Assembly (NCBI RefSeq): GCF_001194135.2
Contig: NC_068991.1
Location: 32,730,510 to 32,793,159 of the forward strand
Source: Octopus bimaculoides
Taxonomy: Eukaryota
DNA length: 62,650 bases
Direction of reading: 5' to 3'
The translations under genes were made by a program, and so were the position numbers. Shown piece by piece: positions 59,431 to 62,650 of this stretch; position 1 is the first letter of the stretch; every line of letters begins with the position of its first letter. A model generated the notes under the pieces. That model was given only the letters and a program-made list of their open reading frames with translations. It was not told where the DNA came from and searched no databases.

Positions 59431-61295
59431 TATATTATAATGGGGGTGACCGGTTAATGGGGTTACCCTGGGTTTCTTGTCCATAAGGGGTTTAGCCTTA
59501 TGGTGTATTGTCAGACCCCTGACCTGTTGGCCTAAGACCTCATCAAAAAAACGGAGTGGGAAATGCCTCAATAAAGTTAAACAATAGGTGATTATCTCCC
59601 TTTGCCATTGAGTTCCAGATGTACCACCACCATGCGGTCACCAAAGATCACAAAGATAAACAATTGTCTCCCTTCAGCCTTACCTATTGGCTTCCGGCTG
59701 TACCATCACCTTGTGGATTCCAAAACGCTAGCAGGAATCATCTAAAATGCAAACATGGTCCCAAAATCTCCATTTTGGAGTTATGGATTTGGTTTGCCCC
59801 CCCCCCCCACTTCCTTAACACCATTACACCTGTAGGTAAACTATTCCTTAAATAAATAGACAAGCATTTCACTAGCTCCCATAGGTATGGGCCCATCTTC
59901 AACAAATACGTTAGGGTCTCGTTTAGCTGTACCGCCAACATAAAGAGCACCCTAGTTACCACCCTTAAGGCACAGGAAGAAGCAGGATGTTCATGCAGGA
60001 ACCACAGCAGTTGCCCAGTAGGAGGCCACTGCGAAACCAAAGGGGTTGTCTATCAAACCGAAGTTCTTGCAAGCCATGCCATTACCACCAGCAAAAGCGA
60101 TACAGGCGTAGACATGGAACAGATCCAGCAGCACTGCCACCACTGCCACAGTGGACGGCAGCATCACTAACAACAACAGCAGTAGCATTGCCAACAGCAG
60201 CGACATCACCATCAACACCAGCCTTACCAATAGCTTTCCTGACGTCCATAGTGCCAGACGTGATAACTTCCACAGTGGCAGACCTGATAGCCACTATAGC
60301 AACAACAACAGGTCCAGTACCATCACCAGCTATAGCGGCAACAATAGCAGCAGCAACATTATTAATAGCAACAATGCCTTCTCCATAACCAGCAGAGGTG
60401 ATAACACTACCGACACCACCACCACCACCACGAACAGCCCAAGCTCTAATATCAACAGCAGCAACAGAGGCAATGGCAGCGACATCAACAACAACAGGTC
60501 CAGCACCAGCAATGTGTGCAGGGGTGAAAATATTACTGGCACTACCACCCCTAGTGATGCCAATACTAACACCAGCAGCCCCAGCTCCATCAATAACAGT
60601 ACCACCAGCAGCAACAACAGTAACAACAGTAACAGCAGCAGCAACACCAACACCTACAACAAGTGCAACACCAACAGTACATGCCCATGGAAATACGTGT
60701 GATGTACTGGGAATTCTCTCAAGCAACATCTTTCCAACGATTTGTCCTCCTTCAGAGTCCCGGAAAAGAGATATGCAACATTACTGGCCAGTCATATCTG
60801 GCAACTAAGAGACGATGGGATACCATACTCAATCTCATAGAAAATCCTCGAAAACCCAGACCCTTACACCAACAAGATGAAACGTTGCAAGTTATGCATC
60901 GCTGAATGCACAAGAATCCTAAAAGGCTCGCTCATATTAGGGAACATCCTTAACTCTAGAACAGATTTTCGGACCAGGTTTGCAGTTTAGAATATTCCTA
61001 CTAGCATTTGGAATCCGCAAGGTGAGAGTACAGCCAGAAGCCGAAAGCCAAGGCCAAAGGGAGACAATTGTTTACCTTGGTGATTTTTGGTGACCACAAG
61101 ATGGCAGTGCAGCTGGAATTCAATAACCAATGGCAAAGGGGGGTAATCACTAATTGTTTACCTTTAGCGAGTCATTTCCCCTCCATTTTTTTTAATGCTA
61201 ACAGGTCTAGGGTCTGACAGCACGCTGTAAGGCCAAACCCCTTATGGACGAGAAAACCAGGGTGATCCCATACACCGGCTTCCTCCCTTATAATA
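59431..61295 (+). mobile_element. Decayed Penelope-clade PLE 3' part with ~340-bp inverted ends
   Basis: IFNKYVRVSFSCTANIKS linker; LASHIWQLRD..I.W.IL..PDPY....RCKLCIAE..IL....ILNSR; 59431-59770 is the reverse complement of about 60962-61295. Confidence 0.82.
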
Positions 61296-61317
61296 TTAAC
61301 TGCTCTACTTCTTAGAG

Positions 61318-61400
61318 CGGTGTTTCTCAACCTTTTTATCCTTGCATAACTCTTAAAATAAAGTACGTCTCAAAGAATCCCTGCACAAAAAAAAAAACTA
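61318..61400 (+). mobile_element. hAT-MITE left end, truncated by microsatellite and gap
   Basis: cggtgtttctcaaccttttt. Confidence 0.4.
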
Positions 61401-62106
61401 TATACCATGTCTTTCTCATATTTTTTTTATCATAGTTCACATGGTAAATATCATATATATATATATATATATANNNNNNNNNNNNNNNNNNNNNNNNNNN
61501 NNNNNNNNNNNNNNNNNNNNNNNNNNNNNNNNNNNNNNNNNNNNNNNNNNNNNNNNNNNNNNNNNNNNNNNNNNNNNNNNNNNNNNNNNNNNNNNNNNNN
61601 NNNNNNNNNNNNNNNNNNNNNNNNNNNNNNNNNNNNNNNNNNNNNNNNNNNNNNNNNNNNNNNNNNNNNNNNNNNNNNNNNNNNNNNNNNNNNNNNNNNN
61701 NNNNNNNNNNNNNNNNNNNNNNNNNNNNNNNNNNNNNNNNNNNNNNNNNNNNNNNNNNNNNNNNNNNNNNNNNNNNNNNNNNNNNNNNNNNNNNNNNNNN
61801 NNNNNNNNNNNNNNNNNNNNNNNNNNNNNNNNNNNNNNNNNNNNNNNNNNNNNNNNNNNNNNNNNNNNNNNNNNNNNNNNNNNNNNNNNNNNNNNNNNNN
61901 NNNNNNNNNNNNNNNNNNNNNNNNNNNNNNNNNNNNNNNNNNNNNNNNNNNNNNNNNNNNNNNNNNNNNNNNNNNNNNNNNNNNNNNNNNNNNNNNNNNN
62001 NNNNNNNNNNNNNNNNNNNNNNNNNNNNNNNNNNNNNNNNNNNNNNNNNNNNNNNNNNNNNNNNNNNNNNNNNNNNNNNNNNNNNNNNNNNNNNNNNNNN
62101 NNNNNN

Positions 62107-62650
62107 TGTGTCTTTGTAAATATGTTTGTATACATTTATGTATGTGTGTGTTTGTAAGAGACAGAGTGTGAGTGAGAGAGAGAGGTTTGTTGTCATGTAT
62201 ACGTACATGCATAAATATACATACATCTTTGGATGTATGCGTATGACAACACAGCCCTTGACTCACTCACACTCTGTCTCTTACAAACACGCACGCACGC
62301 GCATACACACGTGTGTCTTTGTAAATATGTTTGTATACATTTATGTATGTGTGTGTGCGTGCGTATGTGTGTGAGACAGAGTGAGAGAGCGGTGTGTATG
62401 TAGTATTTACTCTCTCTCTCTCGCATACACACGAACATACAAAATAGAGAGTGAAGCTTTTTGCCGTTGTTATGTCAATACCGGAGCACGCGTGCGCGCA
62501 TACACACGTGTCTTTGTAAATATGTTTGTATACATTTATGTATGTGTGTGTTTGTAAGAGACAGAGTGTGAGTGAGAGAGAAGGTTTGTTGTCATGTATA
62601 TGACAACACAGCCCTTGACTCACTCACACTCTGTCTCTTACAAACACGCG
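62107..62650. repeat. ~200-bp tandem repeat built on (TG)/(AG) motifs, with an internal 29-bp perfect inverted repeat
   Basis: Unit starts at about 62107, 62312 and 62508; 62148-62176 is the reverse complement of 62262-62290. Confidence 0.8.

Noticed and set aside
59987-60808. Mucin-like or Ala/Val-rich ORFs
   Set aside because: Overlapping frames of a low-complexity run inside a PLE relic.

Overview
AT-rich, gap-ridden eukaryotic genomic DNA. The SINE, RTE-LINE and microsatellite repertoire is most consistent with a coleoid cephalopod (Octopus); this assignment comes from recognising repeat families, not from a search. The whole window lies inside one minus-strand host gene, VPS54 (GARP complex subunit). 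Six coding exons can be assembled by eye with GT-AG sites and consistent phases (56150-56068, 44528-44493, 37155-37101, 33340-33235, 15634-15547, 8149-8031; 487 nt, open frame, colinear with the C-terminal region of human VPS54). Introns are 3.8-17.6 kb and consist mostly of nested, decayed transposons: many RTE LINE fragments, tRNA-derived SINEs, R4/Dong and Tx1/L1-like pieces, a Gypsy RT scrap, a solo LTR, a mariner, a Charlie/SPIN-type hAT, MITEs, Helentron-like repeats, and four Penelope-like (PLE) insertions, three with inverted ends. The best leads are: (i) a 6.2-kb PLE with inverted and tandem pseudo-LTRs, each carrying a hammerhead-ribozyme-like motif with covarying stem II; (ii) a VPS54 exon that starts with a perfect donor (AG|GTAAGA), i.e. 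a candidate recursive-splicing exon, preceded by a 36-nt microexon; (iii) a repeat family made of a long hairpin plus an asymmetric tail, with a 12-bp TSD; (iv) a templated inverted insertion into a SINE. No intact transposon ORF, CRISPR, rRNA or tRNA gene is supported.
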